A DNA stretch of 64,000 bases. Source: Thermoplasmata archaeon (GTDB taxonomy: Archaea > Thermoplasmatota > E2 > DHVEG-1). The notes below the pieces were generated by a model. That model was not told where the DNA came from. It did no database searches and saw only the letters and a list, made by a program, of their open reading frames with translations. Where the stretch lies: the NCBI GenBank assembly GCA_020054475.1, contig JAHWGJ010000003.1, positions 30,141 to 94,140 on the forward strand, read 5' to 3'. The stretch's first letter is position 1, and each line of letters starts with the position of its first letter. The position numbers and the translations under genes are program-made. Of this stretch, positions 1 through 8,395 are shown piece after piece.

Positions 1-68
1 TTTCCTTCTTCACTTTCAATAAATCCATAGCCTTTTCGGTAGTTATACCATTTTATTTTTCCTTTCAT
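1..68 (-). CDS. Cold-shock domain protein (CspA family), N-terminal part; the gene runs off the window start
   Basis: Reverse-strand translation from the ATG at 68..66 gives MKGKIKWYNYRKGYGFIESEEG, which contains the CSD RNP-1 motif KGYGFI. It is absent from the ORF track because the window edge truncates it. Confidence 0.7.
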   Translation of the reverse strand, partial: MKGKIKWYNYRKGYGFIESEEG

Positions 69-249
69 TTATTATTTTCAACTCCTCAGACACTTTAATC
101 TGGGTATACTATAAAAAACAAAAATAAAAAAATTCATAATTCGTTTAACGAAAACATGTTTTTATCTTTATTTAATGTTTTTTTAATGTTTTTAGTATAT
201 GTCCATACTATTAAATATTTTTCTAGTAATCAAATAATGAATTTTTTTG

Positions 250-801
250 TTATTTTCTTAGAAGTTTTAATAAAGTTAATTCTTTGAGTACCTTTTCAAC
301 AGCTGAATCAACATCTTCTATCTTTTTTGCACCAGCACATACTATTTTCCCAGATCCAAATAATAGCAAGGCTACTTTTGGAACACTTAATCTGTAGACT
401 AATCCTGGAAATTGTTCAGGTTCATATTCAACATTTTCTAAACCCAGTGCTACTGCAACTTCACTAAGATTAAGTTCTCCTCCTAAATCTGAAGTAGCCA
501 CTATATTCTGAATTACAATCTCATGATCTTTAAATACTTCTATACCTATTGTTTCTAGCTTACCTGCAATTATCTTTATATTTAATTTTACATCATCTAT
601 TGATTTTGCACCAGTACAATTTGCCGCACCACTAGTAAACAATAAAGTAGCTGTTTTTGGTTCTTTTAATCTATATATTAAACCGGGGAATTGTTCTGGT
701 TCATATTCAGCTTCTTTTATTGATTGTGCTATCACATCTAAATCAAGTTTATCTGCAAATTTGGTTGATGCTACAATATTTTGAATATTTATTTCCGTCA
801 T
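250..801 (-). CDS. tbp: TATA-box binding protein
   Basis: 183 aa with the two imperfect TBP repeats: NIVAS...EQFPGLIYRL...LLFTSGAANCTGAKS and NIVATSDL...EQFPGLVYRL...LLFGSGKIVCAGAK. Confidence 0.95.
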   Translation of the reverse strand: MTEINIQNIVASTKFADKLDLDVIAQSIKEAEYEPEQFPGLIYRLKEPKTATLLFTSGAANCTGAKSIDDVKLNIKIIAGKLETIGIEVFKDHEIVIQNIVATSDLGGELNLSEVAVALGLENVEYEPEQFPGLVYRLSVPKVALLLFGSGKIVCAGAKKIEDVDSAVEKVLKELTLLKLLRK

Positions 802-896
802 ATATTATCACATTTCTTTTATCATTTTAATAAAATATTCTTAAGTTAACATTAACCACGAACAAGTTTCTATATAAATAATGATTTATCAATAAT

Positions 897-1121
897 TTAT
901 TTTAAAATTTGAGATGTATAAAAAAAAAATTCTCTTGTGTAATTAAGTGCATATTTACCTGCGAAAAAAGTACTTAAAAGGATAATGAATATTTGGCGAT
1001 GGTAGTAATAAAAAAGTCTGGGCTGGTATTTTATAAGGAGTGCATCACCATCCCATCTCAACCGTGATGAGAAGTTCTCCCAGACTTTCTTCTCATTTAC
1101 CCTCATGGGATAAGAACTCAT
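897..1121 (-). CDS. Hypothetical small protein (doubtful)
   Basis: 74-aa ORF between tbp and the sirtuin gene. I recognised no motif. It overlaps an inverted repeat (1015-1022 / 1079-1086). Confidence 0.2.
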   Translation of the reverse strand: MSSYPMRVNEKKVWENFSSRLRWDGDALLIKYQPRLFYYYHRQIFIILLSTFFAGKYALNYTREFFFYTSQILK

Positions 1122-1138
1122 AATGGTTCATGATATTC

Positions 1139-1870
1139 TTATATTGATTTTGATAAAATATTTGATGCAATATCATTTATTACTAAATCTGCAATTTCAT
1201 CAAGAGGAGTTGCATCAAAATTTATTATTACTAAAAAAGAATCATTATTTTTTGCAATAACAGGCAGATTAGCTGCTGGATAGACTACTAATGAACTACC
1301 TAGAACTATAAATAGATCACAATTTTTTGATGCTTTTTCTGCTTCTAGGAGAGCTTTTGATGGTAAAGGTTCTCCAAATAATACCGTATTAGTTTTTAGT
1401 TGTCCCCCACATGAACAATATGGGGGAATTTCCTTTTGCAATAATGGAAATATTTCATCTATTGAAAATTTTTTATTACATTTTAGACAAGTTATGATTC
1501 TTGTATTACCATGAAGTTCAATAACGTTAGAACTACCAGCCATTTGATGTAAACCATCAATATTTTGGGTAATTACACAATTCAACTTACCCTTTTTTTC
1601 TAATTTAACTATTGAATAGTGGTTAATATTTGGTTTTGCTTTTTTAATAATTGGATATCTTTCATCTTTAAAATAATGCCAATAATAAGTTGGGTCTTGT
1701 AGGAATACATTTATGTTGGCATAAATATTTGGATCATATTTTGACCATAAGCCATTTGTTCCTCTATAAGTTGGAATGCCACTTTCAGATGAAATTCCCG
1801 CTCCAGTAAATACTACGATTCTATTTGATTCCTTAATTATTTCTTTTAGTTTCTGAATTTTATCATCCAT
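1139..1870 (-). CDS. cobB: NAD-dependent protein deacylase (Sir2/CobB sirtuin)
   Basis: GAGISSESGIPTYRG Rossmann motif, QNIDGLH, and a zinc-ribbon pair (CLKCNKKF ... CSCGG). The 243-aa length is typical of class-U/III sirtuins. Confidence 0.9.
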   Translation of the reverse strand: MDDKIQKLKEIIKESNRIVVFTGAGISSESGIPTYRGTNGLWSKYDPNIYANINVFLQDPTYYWHYFKDERYPIIKKAKPNINHYSIVKLEKKGKLNCVITQNIDGLHQMAGSSNVIELHGNTRIITCLKCNKKFSIDEIFPLLQKEIPPYCSCGGQLKTNTVLFGEPLPSKALLEAEKASKNCDLFIVLGSSLVVYPAANLPVIAKNNDSFLVIINFDATPLDEIADLVINDIASNILSKSI

Positions 1871-2340
1871 ACTTTAACCAATTAATCCAATATTTTTTAT
1901 AAAGCAATTATAAGTTCAATATTATGTTAATATAAAAGATATTTCAGAAATGCAAATATAGAAATAATAATTATTTCTAATAAATCATTCATTGTCTAAT
2001 TAGCCTCAATATCATATTAAACATTGTTTATTTAATTTCAACTAATAATAATACAAACGTATAGTTCAACTCTATAGACATTTGAACAATATTTAAAATA
2101 AGTAATTTTTGAAATTGTTAAAATCAACTGTTATCAAAATATTTAAAATTCAATTTTATTTGAAAAATCAAATTTTTTTAGAAAAATTTAGATTATCAAT
2201 ATTTTTAAAATAAATATAGTATTTATATAACATTTCTCCTTGTAAATTATTATAAAATATTCTAGAGAGAGAATTTCATTTTAATTGGAGAGAGAGGGAG
2301 AGATCGATAATTAAAAAATATTTCTCTCTCAAAAGATTTT

Positions 2341-2366
2341 TTAATATATATTGTTAATATATATTG
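2341..2366. repeat. 13-bp perfect tandem duplication (TTAATATATATTG x2)
   Basis: Read directly at 2341-2353 and 2354-2366, about 55 nt upstream of the probable M28 peptidase ATG. It is TATA-like. Confidence 0.6.
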
Positions 2367-2420
2367 TTAAGAAATTTTATAATATTGAACTTATATTTAT
2401 TATCGGAGAGTAGTTTTATT

Positions 2421-3752
2421 ATGATATTGAAAAAAAAGAGTATATCATTGTTACTATTTGTATTAATTATCTTTTCAACTTTAAATGTAAATAGTATTCA
2501 AATACCAGTAAAAATAGAAAAAAATAGTAATAATATGATTGAAAAAATAAAATTTAATATACGCCCTTCATTATCAGATTTAATATCAAAAGTGAATAGT
2601 ACCCTTATTGAAAAATATATCATGGATTTGCAATCTTTTGGACCTCACCCTACTGGATCTTCAACAATTGAAAAAGTAAAAACATACTTATATAATGAAT
2701 TATCAAGTATGCCAATTCAAGTTAAATATCATCAATGGAAATATGAAGATAAAACTGGAGAAAATATCATTGCAACCATAACTGGAAAAGCATCTTCTAA
2801 AAATATTATTATCGGATGTGCTCATTATGATACCATAGAAATATCACCAGGTGCAGATGATGATGGATCTGGAGTAGCTGCTATCCTAATGATGACATCA
2901 ATTCTGAGCCAATATGATCATAATTCCACAATAAAATTAATTTTATTTTCAGGAGAGGAACAAGGATTACTTGGAAGCAAAGAATATGTAAAAGAATTAG
3001 AAGAACAAGATGCCAATATAATTGGTATATTAGCTCTGGATAAAATCGGCTACACCGGTGAACAAGGAACAACAATTCGACATCATGCAGATCCAGCTTC
3101 ATCTTGGATGATAGATTTAACAGAGGAAATCACTAAAAAATACAAAGATGAAATTGATCTCAATATACAAAGACTACCTTTTGATGGTTCAAGTGATCAT
3201 AAAGCATTCGTTGATAAAGGATATTCTGGGAGCAATCTTGTTGAAGAAACATTAAATCCATACTATCATACTTCTGAGGATCTTCTAAAACATATGAATA
3301 TTTCTTATCTAAAAAAAGTATGTCAACTTGCAACATGTACAATAGCCACAATTGCATATGGAAATAGTAATCTAACAAATAATGATATTGAAATATTAAT
3401 AAAAGGAAAAAATAATAACCAATATCAAGCAAAATTAACTATAAAAATAAAAAACAAAAAATATAATTTTGATACAGCAAATCTAAGTATTACTATTGAA
3501 ATGAATCATTTATTAAGAGATGAACCAGTTAATATAAAAAAAGAATATTATCTAGTTCCTTGCATATGGAATTTTACTGAAGAAATTAAACAGGATTGGC
3601 AGTTTCATATAGGGCAACAAACATATTCAATTGGATTATTTATTCTCAAAATTTCTGTTCATGGATTAAATGATGATTTTTCAATTTCTAAAAAATATTC
3701 AACAATTGGTTTAATTTTCCCGGAATATAATTTGCTGATTATATCAAAATAA
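2421..3752 (+). CDS. Secreted M28-family aminopeptidase with a C-terminal beta-sandwich-like extension
   Basis: Has the M28 metal-ligand motifs HYDT...GADDDGSGVAAIL and LFSGEEQGLLGS. MILKKKSISLLLFVLIIF is signal-peptide-like. I prefer the ATG at 2421 (GGAGAG 8 nt upstream) over the track's TTG at 2364. Confidence 0.85.
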   Translation: MILKKKSISLLLFVLIIFSTLNVNSIQIPVKIEKNSNNMIEKIKFNIRPSLSDLISKVNSTLIEKYIMDLQSFGPHPTGSSTIEKVKTYLYNELSSMPIQVKYHQWKYEDKTGENIIATITGKASSKNIIIGCAHYDTIEISPGADDDGSGVAAILMMTSILSQYDHNSTIKLILFSGEEQGLLGSKEYVKELEEQDANIIGILALDKIGYTGEQGTTIRHHADPASSWMIDLTEEITKKYKDEIDLNIQRLPFDGSSDHKAFVDKGYSGSNLVEETLNPYYHTSEDLLKHMNISYLKKVCQLATCTIATIAYGNSNLTNNDIEILIKGKNNNQYQAKLTIKIKNKKYNFDTANLSITIEMNHLLRDEPVNIKKEYYLVPCIWNFTEEIKQDWQFHIGQQTYSIGLFILKISVHGLNDDFSISKKYSTIGLIFPEYNLLIISK

Positions 3753-3879
3753 AAAAAAAAGTAATTAGCCAATAATGAAAATTTGCAAATTAGTAGTACA
3801 TTTATTTGATAAAAAAATAAGTAAAAAATAAGAATATTTATTAATATTATTTTTTCATGCATATAATAATAATTCTTTT

Positions 3880-3901
3880 GGAGGAAAATAATATTTCCTC
3901 C
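3880..3901. terminator. Perfect 8-bp stem hairpin GGAGGAAA-ATAATA-TTTCCTCC
   Basis: Read directly. It lies 128 nt downstream of the M28 stop and 17 nt before the left copy of the 29-bp repeat. Confidence 0.3.
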
Positions 3902-3918
3902 ATATAAATAAGAATTAT

Positions 3919-3947
3919 GTTCAGGATATAATTTATATATGAAAAGC
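3919..3947. repeat. Left copy of the perfect 29-bp direct repeat GTTCAGGATATAATTTATATATGAAAAGC (putative attL)
   Basis: Identical to 11899-11927. The flanking bases differ on both sides. Confidence 0.85.
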
Positions 3948-3982
3948 GGTCCTGAAGAAAGCTTTTAATTTTAAGATTATCC

Positions 3983-4010
3983 ATTCAAAACAAAAAACTT
4001 TGTTTTGAAT
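3983..4010. terminator. 12-bp perfect-stem hairpin ATTCAAAACAAA-AAAC-TTTGTTTTGAAT
   Basis: Read directly. It lies 30 nt downstream of the stop of the minus-strand gene 4040..4297. Confidence 0.35.
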
Positions 4011-4039
4011 CCTCCTGAGAGACAAAAGAAAAAATATAT

Positions 4040-4297
4040 TTATTTTATTTCTAAAATAAATGGAGAAAAAAATATTACAAGTCCAAATAAACCCAAAGTT
4101 ATACCTATTATACTATAGAGGGCAAGAAAGTATACAACAAGAAGATATATTCCAACTATCATAGAAATGAGTCCAATACTATGAACCATTAGTTTAACAT
4201 AGATACTCTTTCTACAAATATCTCTTATCCACATATAGATTATGCCAAAAAACCAAGCTCTCTGCCCCTTTGAACCATATATTGCCATTATTTTCAA
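4040..4297 (-). CDS. Small integral membrane protein (2-3 TM), hypothetical
   Basis: 85 aa with hydrophobic stretches (IGLISMIVGIYLLVVYFLALYSIIGITLGLFGLVIFF). It lies 8 nt downstream of the beta-propeller gene. Confidence 0.45.
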   Translation of the reverse strand: MKIMAIYGSKGQRAWFFGIIYMWIRDICRKSIYVKLMVHSIGLISMIVGIYLLVVYFLALYSIIGITLGLFGLVIFFSPFILEIK

Positions 4298-4305
4298 CCT
4301 ATCCT

Positions 4306-5826
4306 TTATTTTAATATTACAAATGGTCCAAAAATAAAACCATTTCTTGTTTCACTAATATCAAGAATATTAACTGTTACTTCAAATGGTCCAAGACCAA
4401 AAAAGAATCCTGTTGTAACAATTATTTCACTTTGTGGTAATAATTCTGAAATTGTTGTGGTTGTTTCTCCACCTGCTATCATCCAAAAAGAATCTAAAAT
4501 AATGCTGATCTCTAAATCATGAATTGATGAATCTCCATTGTTTTTAATAATAATTTCAACTCCAATCCCTCCATTGATTTCTATTGTAATATTATTATTC
4601 ACTTCGCCATGTCCAAATGCAAAAAGATCACCATAAAGATAACCAGAATCTACATATTTTGATCCAATATAGACAGTTCCATGTAAATCTATTGCAGGTG
4701 ATGAATACTGGTAATCATTAGTTGCAATATTTTTTCTCCATCTAAGAGTTCCATCGTGATTTAAAGCGATGAGATTTCCACCCCAACCACCATGTTTTGT
4801 AGCTACGAAATAAATGTTTCCGTCAGAGGATATTGCATATGTTCTTGATGTGCATTCATATTCATATGGTTCCCAACCTTGATAAATCCATTTTATACTA
4901 CCATCGGGGTTAACTGCATAAAAATAAAAACCTCCAATATAGATAGTTCCATCTGAACCGATTGCTGGTGTATCAGAACTACCTGTATCGATTTCAGTTC
5001 GCCATTTCATTGTACCGTTGGGATAGATAGCATATAAATAATCATCGTGTGAAGAAAAATAAATAATGCCATCATCATCTATAGAAGGGTTACTTAATGA
5101 ATCTCCTGCTCTAAAACGCCATAATAATGAGCCATCATTTGAACTAAGTGCATATAAATACTTATTATTAGAAGTAATATAAATTGTATTATTATTTGCT
5201 ATAGCTGGTGTTGAATATATCCAATCTCCTGTATCATAATGCCATTTCTCAGTTCCATTGGGATATAAAGCATATACTCGCCCATATGAATCAGGACCAA
5301 TTGATCCAAAATAAATAATTCCATCATCACTAATGGTTGGTGAACCCCAAATACTTCCTTCAGCATCATATTTCCATCTTAAAGTACCATCTAGATTAAT
5401 AGCATAAAGTGAATCATCTAAAGATCCAACATAGATACATTCATTCTCATAAAGTGAAGGAGAAGATAAAATCCAACCATTACAATCAAATTTCCATTTT
5501 TCTGTTCCATCTGGATTTATTGCATATAGATAATGATCCATACAACCTATGTATATAATTCCATTATTGTCAATAACAGGTGATGAATGAAAACCTGAAT
5601 CAGCAAGTAATTTCCATTTGATAAGACCAGAATTGTCAGCAGTACTATATAGGCTTTGACTCGTATGACGGTTATCATGCCCATATGTAGACCATGGTGA
5701 ATCCATCGGGCCATCAATAATACCATTTGATGGTTTTATAGATTCATTATCTAATCCAATAACAATTGGATGGAGTGATAATAGAATAAAAAGAAGAATA
5801 ATTAAAAATGAGGTTATTTTATTCAA
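4306..5826 (-). CDS. Secreted PQQ-like (BamB-like) beta-propeller repeat protein with a C-terminal CARDB-like domain ending GPFVILK
   Basis: Signal peptide, then about 8 repeats of the pattern DG(T/S)xKW(K/R)(F/Y)...SSPxIxxDGxIYxGSxDxxLYA(I/L). The C-terminal 100 aa is homologous to the 40084..40512 product. Confidence 0.8.
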   Translation of the reverse strand: MNKITSFLIILLFILLSLHPIVIGLDNESIKPSNGIIDGPMDSPWSTYGHDNRHTSQSLYSTADNSGLIKWKLLADSGFHSSPVIDNNGIIYIGCMDHYLYAINPDGTEKWKFDCNGWILSSPSLYENECIYVGSLDDSLYAINLDGTLRWKYDAEGSIWGSPTISDDGIIYFGSIGPDSYGRVYALYPNGTEKWHYDTGDWIYSTPAIANNNTIYITSNNKYLYALSSNDGSLLWRFRAGDSLSNPSIDDDGIIYFSSHDDYLYAIYPNGTMKWRTEIDTGSSDTPAIGSDGTIYIGGFYFYAVNPDGSIKWIYQGWEPYEYECTSRTYAISSDGNIYFVATKHGGWGGNLIALNHDGTLRWRKNIATNDYQYSSPAIDLHGTVYIGSKYVDSGYLYGDLFAFGHGEVNNNITIEINGGIGVEIIIKNNGDSSIHDLEISIILDSFWMIAGGETTTTISELLPQSEIIVTTGFFFGLGPFEVTVNILDISETRNGFIFGPFVILK

Positions 5827-7408
5827 AAAAAACCTCCTTTAAACAATTATAATGAAACCAATATAGTTGATGAAAATATTGATTAAATCTTGGCATTCGC
5901 ACTTCTAATGATGCCCATTCTCCCTCAACGTCATGCATATCTTTAGCCTTTGCACTAATAGTATACGATCCCCTTATATTCCATGTATGTGGTAATATTA
6001 TTTCTTCACTTGAGTTATATGGTCCGATCCAGCTAGTATTAGTGTTATCGCCCCAGTCTACCCAGAGGTAAACCTCATCATAATTAATATCAAATACAAT
6101 AAATGTATATTTTTGTTCTTCCCCAATCTTACCTACTGAAGATCCATTTATTCCTGGTTTCTCAGGAGGCGAATTATTTTCAACACTACCAAATGCAAAA
6201 AGATTGCCATATATAGACCCAAATTCTCCAAATTGAGAGCCAACATATACTGTACCATCTTTATCAATTATAGGAGATGAAAATTGATCATCAATAGCAG
6301 ATATTGTTTTTCGCCATCTAAGAATTCCATCTTCATTCAAGGCTATAAGATCTCCACCCCAACCACCATGTTTTGTAGTTACAAAATATACAATATTATC
6401 AGCAGAAATTGCATATGTTCTGGATGTACACTCATATTCATAAGGTTCCCAACCTTGATAAATCCATTTAATACTACCATCTGGATTAACTGCATAAAAA
6501 TAAAAACCACCTATGTATATTGTACCATCTATAGCAATTGCGGGTGTATCAGAACTACCCGTGTCAATTTCAACTCGCCACTTCATAGTTCCATTTGGAA
6601 AAACTGCATATAAATAATCATCCAGCGATGCAACATAGATTATTCCGTCGTCTCCCACAGTTGGACTACCTAACCCATCTCCAGTACGAAAACGCCAAAA
6701 CAATGATCCATTTAAAGGAGAAAGAGCATATAAATACTTATCATTTGAAGTAATATAAATAGTTCCATCCTCGCCTATTGCAGGTGTTTCATAAATAGAG
6801 TTGTCAGTATTAAACTGCCATTTTTCAGATCCATTAGGATATAATGCATAAATTTTTCCATTACTCTCTGAACCAAGAGAACCAAAATAAATAATACCTT
6901 CCTCATCAATAGTTGGTGAACCCCATATACTCCCTTCAGCATGAAATTTCCATTTTAAAGATCCATTTGGATAAATAGCATATAGATTATTATCAAAAGA
7001 TCCAACATAGATTGTTCCATCTTCTGCAAGAGCTGGTGAAGATAATATCCAACCACGGCAATTATAATGCCATTGTTCAGTTCCATCCTGATTAATAGCA
7101 TATAGAAAACCATCTTTACAACCAATATAGAGTACTCCATCATTATCAATAACTGGTGATGAATGAAAACCTGAATTTGCAAGAAATTTCCATTTTATTA
7201 ATCCAGGATTATCAGCTGTATTGTATGGACTTTGACATGTATGGCGGTTATCATGGCCAAAAGTTGGCCATGCTGAGTCCATCATACCATCATTAGTATA
7301 ATTTGATGGTTTTATCAACTTATTATCTAACCCTATAACCATTGGATGAATTGATAATAATACAAACAGAAGAATAATCCCCCAGATGATGGATTTGTTT
7401 TTCATCAT
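5819..7408 (-). CDS. Secreted PQQ-like beta-propeller repeat protein with a C-terminal PKD-like domain (paralog of 4306..5826)
   Basis: Same repeat pattern. It shares a 42-aa identical run with the neighbouring gene. The C-terminal segment PPEKPGINGSSVGKIGEEQKYTF...WGDN...HTW...GSYTISAKAKD is PKD-like. It overlaps the downstream paralog by 8 nt. Confidence 0.8.
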   Translation of the reverse strand: MMKNKSIIWGIILLFVLLSIHPMVIGLDNKLIKPSNYTNDGMMDSAWPTFGHDNRHTCQSPYNTADNPGLIKWKFLANSGFHSSPVIDNDGVLYIGCKDGFLYAINQDGTEQWHYNCRGWILSSPALAEDGTIYVGSFDNNLYAIYPNGSLKWKFHAEGSIWGSPTIDEEGIIYFGSLGSESNGKIYALYPNGSEKWQFNTDNSIYETPAIGEDGTIYITSNDKYLYALSPLNGSLFWRFRTGDGLGSPTVGDDGIIYVASLDDYLYAVFPNGTMKWRVEIDTGSSDTPAIAIDGTIYIGGFYFYAVNPDGSIKWIYQGWEPYEYECTSRTYAISADNIVYFVTTKHGGWGGDLIALNEDGILRWRKTISAIDDQFSSPIIDKDGTVYVGSQFGEFGSIYGNLFAFGSVENNSPPEKPGINGSSVGKIGEEQKYTFIVFDINYDEVYLWVDWGDNTNTSWIGPYNSSEEIILPHTWNIRGSYTISAKAKDMHDVEGEWASLEVRMPRFNQYFHQLYWFHYNCLKEVFFE

Positions 7409-7446
7409 TACCTCCCAATATAATATTAGATGTTCTGATATAAAAT

Positions 7447-7467
7447 CATTTGTAGCATTATTACTTG
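7447..7467 (-). promoter_or_regulatory. Shared island motif, copy 1 (plus strand CATTTGTAGCATTATTACTTG)
   Basis: Identical 21-mer to 8218-8238. It lies 39 nt upstream of the 7408 start. On the sense strand it is followed by a TATA-like TTTTATAT. Confidence 0.5.
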
Positions 7468-7549
7468 CTTTAATCCAACGCCTTCTGATAAGCTCCAGTA
7501 TTTAGCTAATATTACCCCGTATTCTTTATTTGATATAATCAGACTAAAT

Positions 7550-7598
7550 CTGAGGGTTTCTGATAAATTAGAATAATCAGGCTTAGAATAGCCCTCAG
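7550..7598 (-). terminator. Nested hairpin (CTGAGGG...CCCTCAG enclosing CTGAT...ATCAG)
   Basis: Read directly. It lies about 90-140 nt downstream of the stop of gene 7689..8129. Confidence 0.3.
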
Positions 7599-7688
7599 CT
7601 TATATTTGATTTAGATCTTAATATCTATGAATATATACTTTCAAATGATTTTTTTATCTATTTTGGATGCAGATAATGAATAATTGAT

Positions 7689-8129
7689 TTATAGGCCATC
7701 GTCATTGTTTTCAATAATATCAAATGCTTCCCCAAAGGCTATTAGCGTTTCATAAGTATAAAGACCATAATTGATAACCCCTAATGCAAAATTTAACAAA
7801 TTCAATGAATTTCTAAGCATACCTTGCTTTAGAAATAACAAGAGACAACTTGCAGATATAATACCAACCATAAGTGAAACATAATCAGCCATATCATCCA
7901 ATCCGCCTTCGAGAGGCCCATCAGGGTCAGTCCAATTTAGTTTGAGAATATTAAAATCAACCTGTTTCTCTTGCAGTTCCTCTATTCTATCAAGAATAGA
8001 ATTTTTCAATTCATCCTCATCAAAATCACAGATGTAAAGATATTTTTCACCTTCTATCGCAGAAACGTTTGGAATCATCACAATTAAAAATACTATGATT
8101 AAGCAAATTATTGATTTTATTTTCTTCAT
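7689..8129 (-). CDS. Hypothetical secreted/membrane protein
   Basis: MKKIKSIICLIIVFLIVMIPNVSA signal peptide plus C-terminal TM segments. The ATG at 8129 is preceded by GGGAGGT. The track's start at 8159 is a TTG. Confidence 0.5.
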   Translation of the reverse strand: MKKIKSIICLIIVFLIVMIPNVSAIEGEKYLYICDFDEDELKNSILDRIEELQEKQVDFNILKLNWTDPDGPLEGGLDDMADYVSLMVGIISASCLLLFLKQGMLRNSLNLLNFALGVINYGLYTYETLIAFGEAFDIIENNDDGL

Positions 8130-8212
8130 TTTATTTACCTCCCTTACGTAGACTCCCAAATATTATAATGTAATTCCAATTTAAAAGATTAACGCAGGTT
8201 AACCAGTATATT

Positions 8213-8238
8213 TGCAACATTTGTAGCATTATTACTTG
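8213..8238 (-). promoter_or_regulatory. Shared island motif, copy 2, including the dyad TGCAACATTTGTAGCA
   Basis: 21-mer identical to copy 1, plus a 5-nt extension that completes the imperfect palindrome TGCnACA-N2-TGTnGCA. It lies 84 nt upstream of the ATG at 8129. Confidence 0.5.
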
Positions 8239-8395
8239 GTGAATATTATGCTTAATGTTAGTTTTTATTTAGGCATAATTTAGTTATAGTTTAGGTGAAT
8301 ATAATGTTAATGTTTAACATGATTTTTTGATTGTATTAGTGATTTTATTAAACGAATTTTAATAGAAAAAATAGTGATTGTTGATGAAATTTTCC

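Noticed and set aside
1015-1086. Inverted repeat AGTCTGGG...CCCAGACT enclosing CATCAC...GTGATG and a GTGATGA (C-box-like) element; considered as a C/D-box sRNA or other ncRNA
   Set aside because: There is no matching D box (CTGA) at the proper spacing and no second C'/D' pair. The region is also covered by a possible 74-aa ORF, so the evidence is insufficient.
1139-1870. The Sir2-domain protein as part of an anti-phage system (Thoeris, DSR or SIR2-HerA-like)
   Set aside because: It has canonical sirtuin length and architecture, with a Zn-ribbon and all deacylase motifs. It has no fused sensor or effector domain and no partner gene (HerA, TIR, pAgo) nearby, so it is a housekeeping CobB-type deacylase.
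2881-3432. Antisense ORFs inside the M28 peptidase gene (2881..3102, 3160..3432). The same class includes 3659..3862, 6284..6613, 6955..7182, 8719..8910, 9281..9568, 10453..10706 and 11176..11409.
   Set aside because: They overlap strongly supported genes on the opposite strand or in another frame. Their low-complexity L/I/F/Y-rich translations are typical of shadow ORFs in AT-rich DNA.
4306-4420. The GPFVILK and GPFILLN C-termini as PGF-CTERM-like archaeosortase sorting signals
   Set aside because: A sorting signal needs the motif followed by a TM helix of about 15-20 residues and a basic tail. Here only 4 residues follow GPF, and the segment aligns as the last beta-strand of a globular domain.
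8238-8316. Imperfect 23-nt direct repeat GGTGAATAT(T/A)ATG(C)TTAATGTT(A) at 8238-8260 and 8294-8316
   Set aside because: It is real in the sequence but has only two degenerate copies in very AT-rich DNA downstream of a stop codon, and I cannot attach a function. It is not a CRISPR-like array, having no regular spacing of three or more units.
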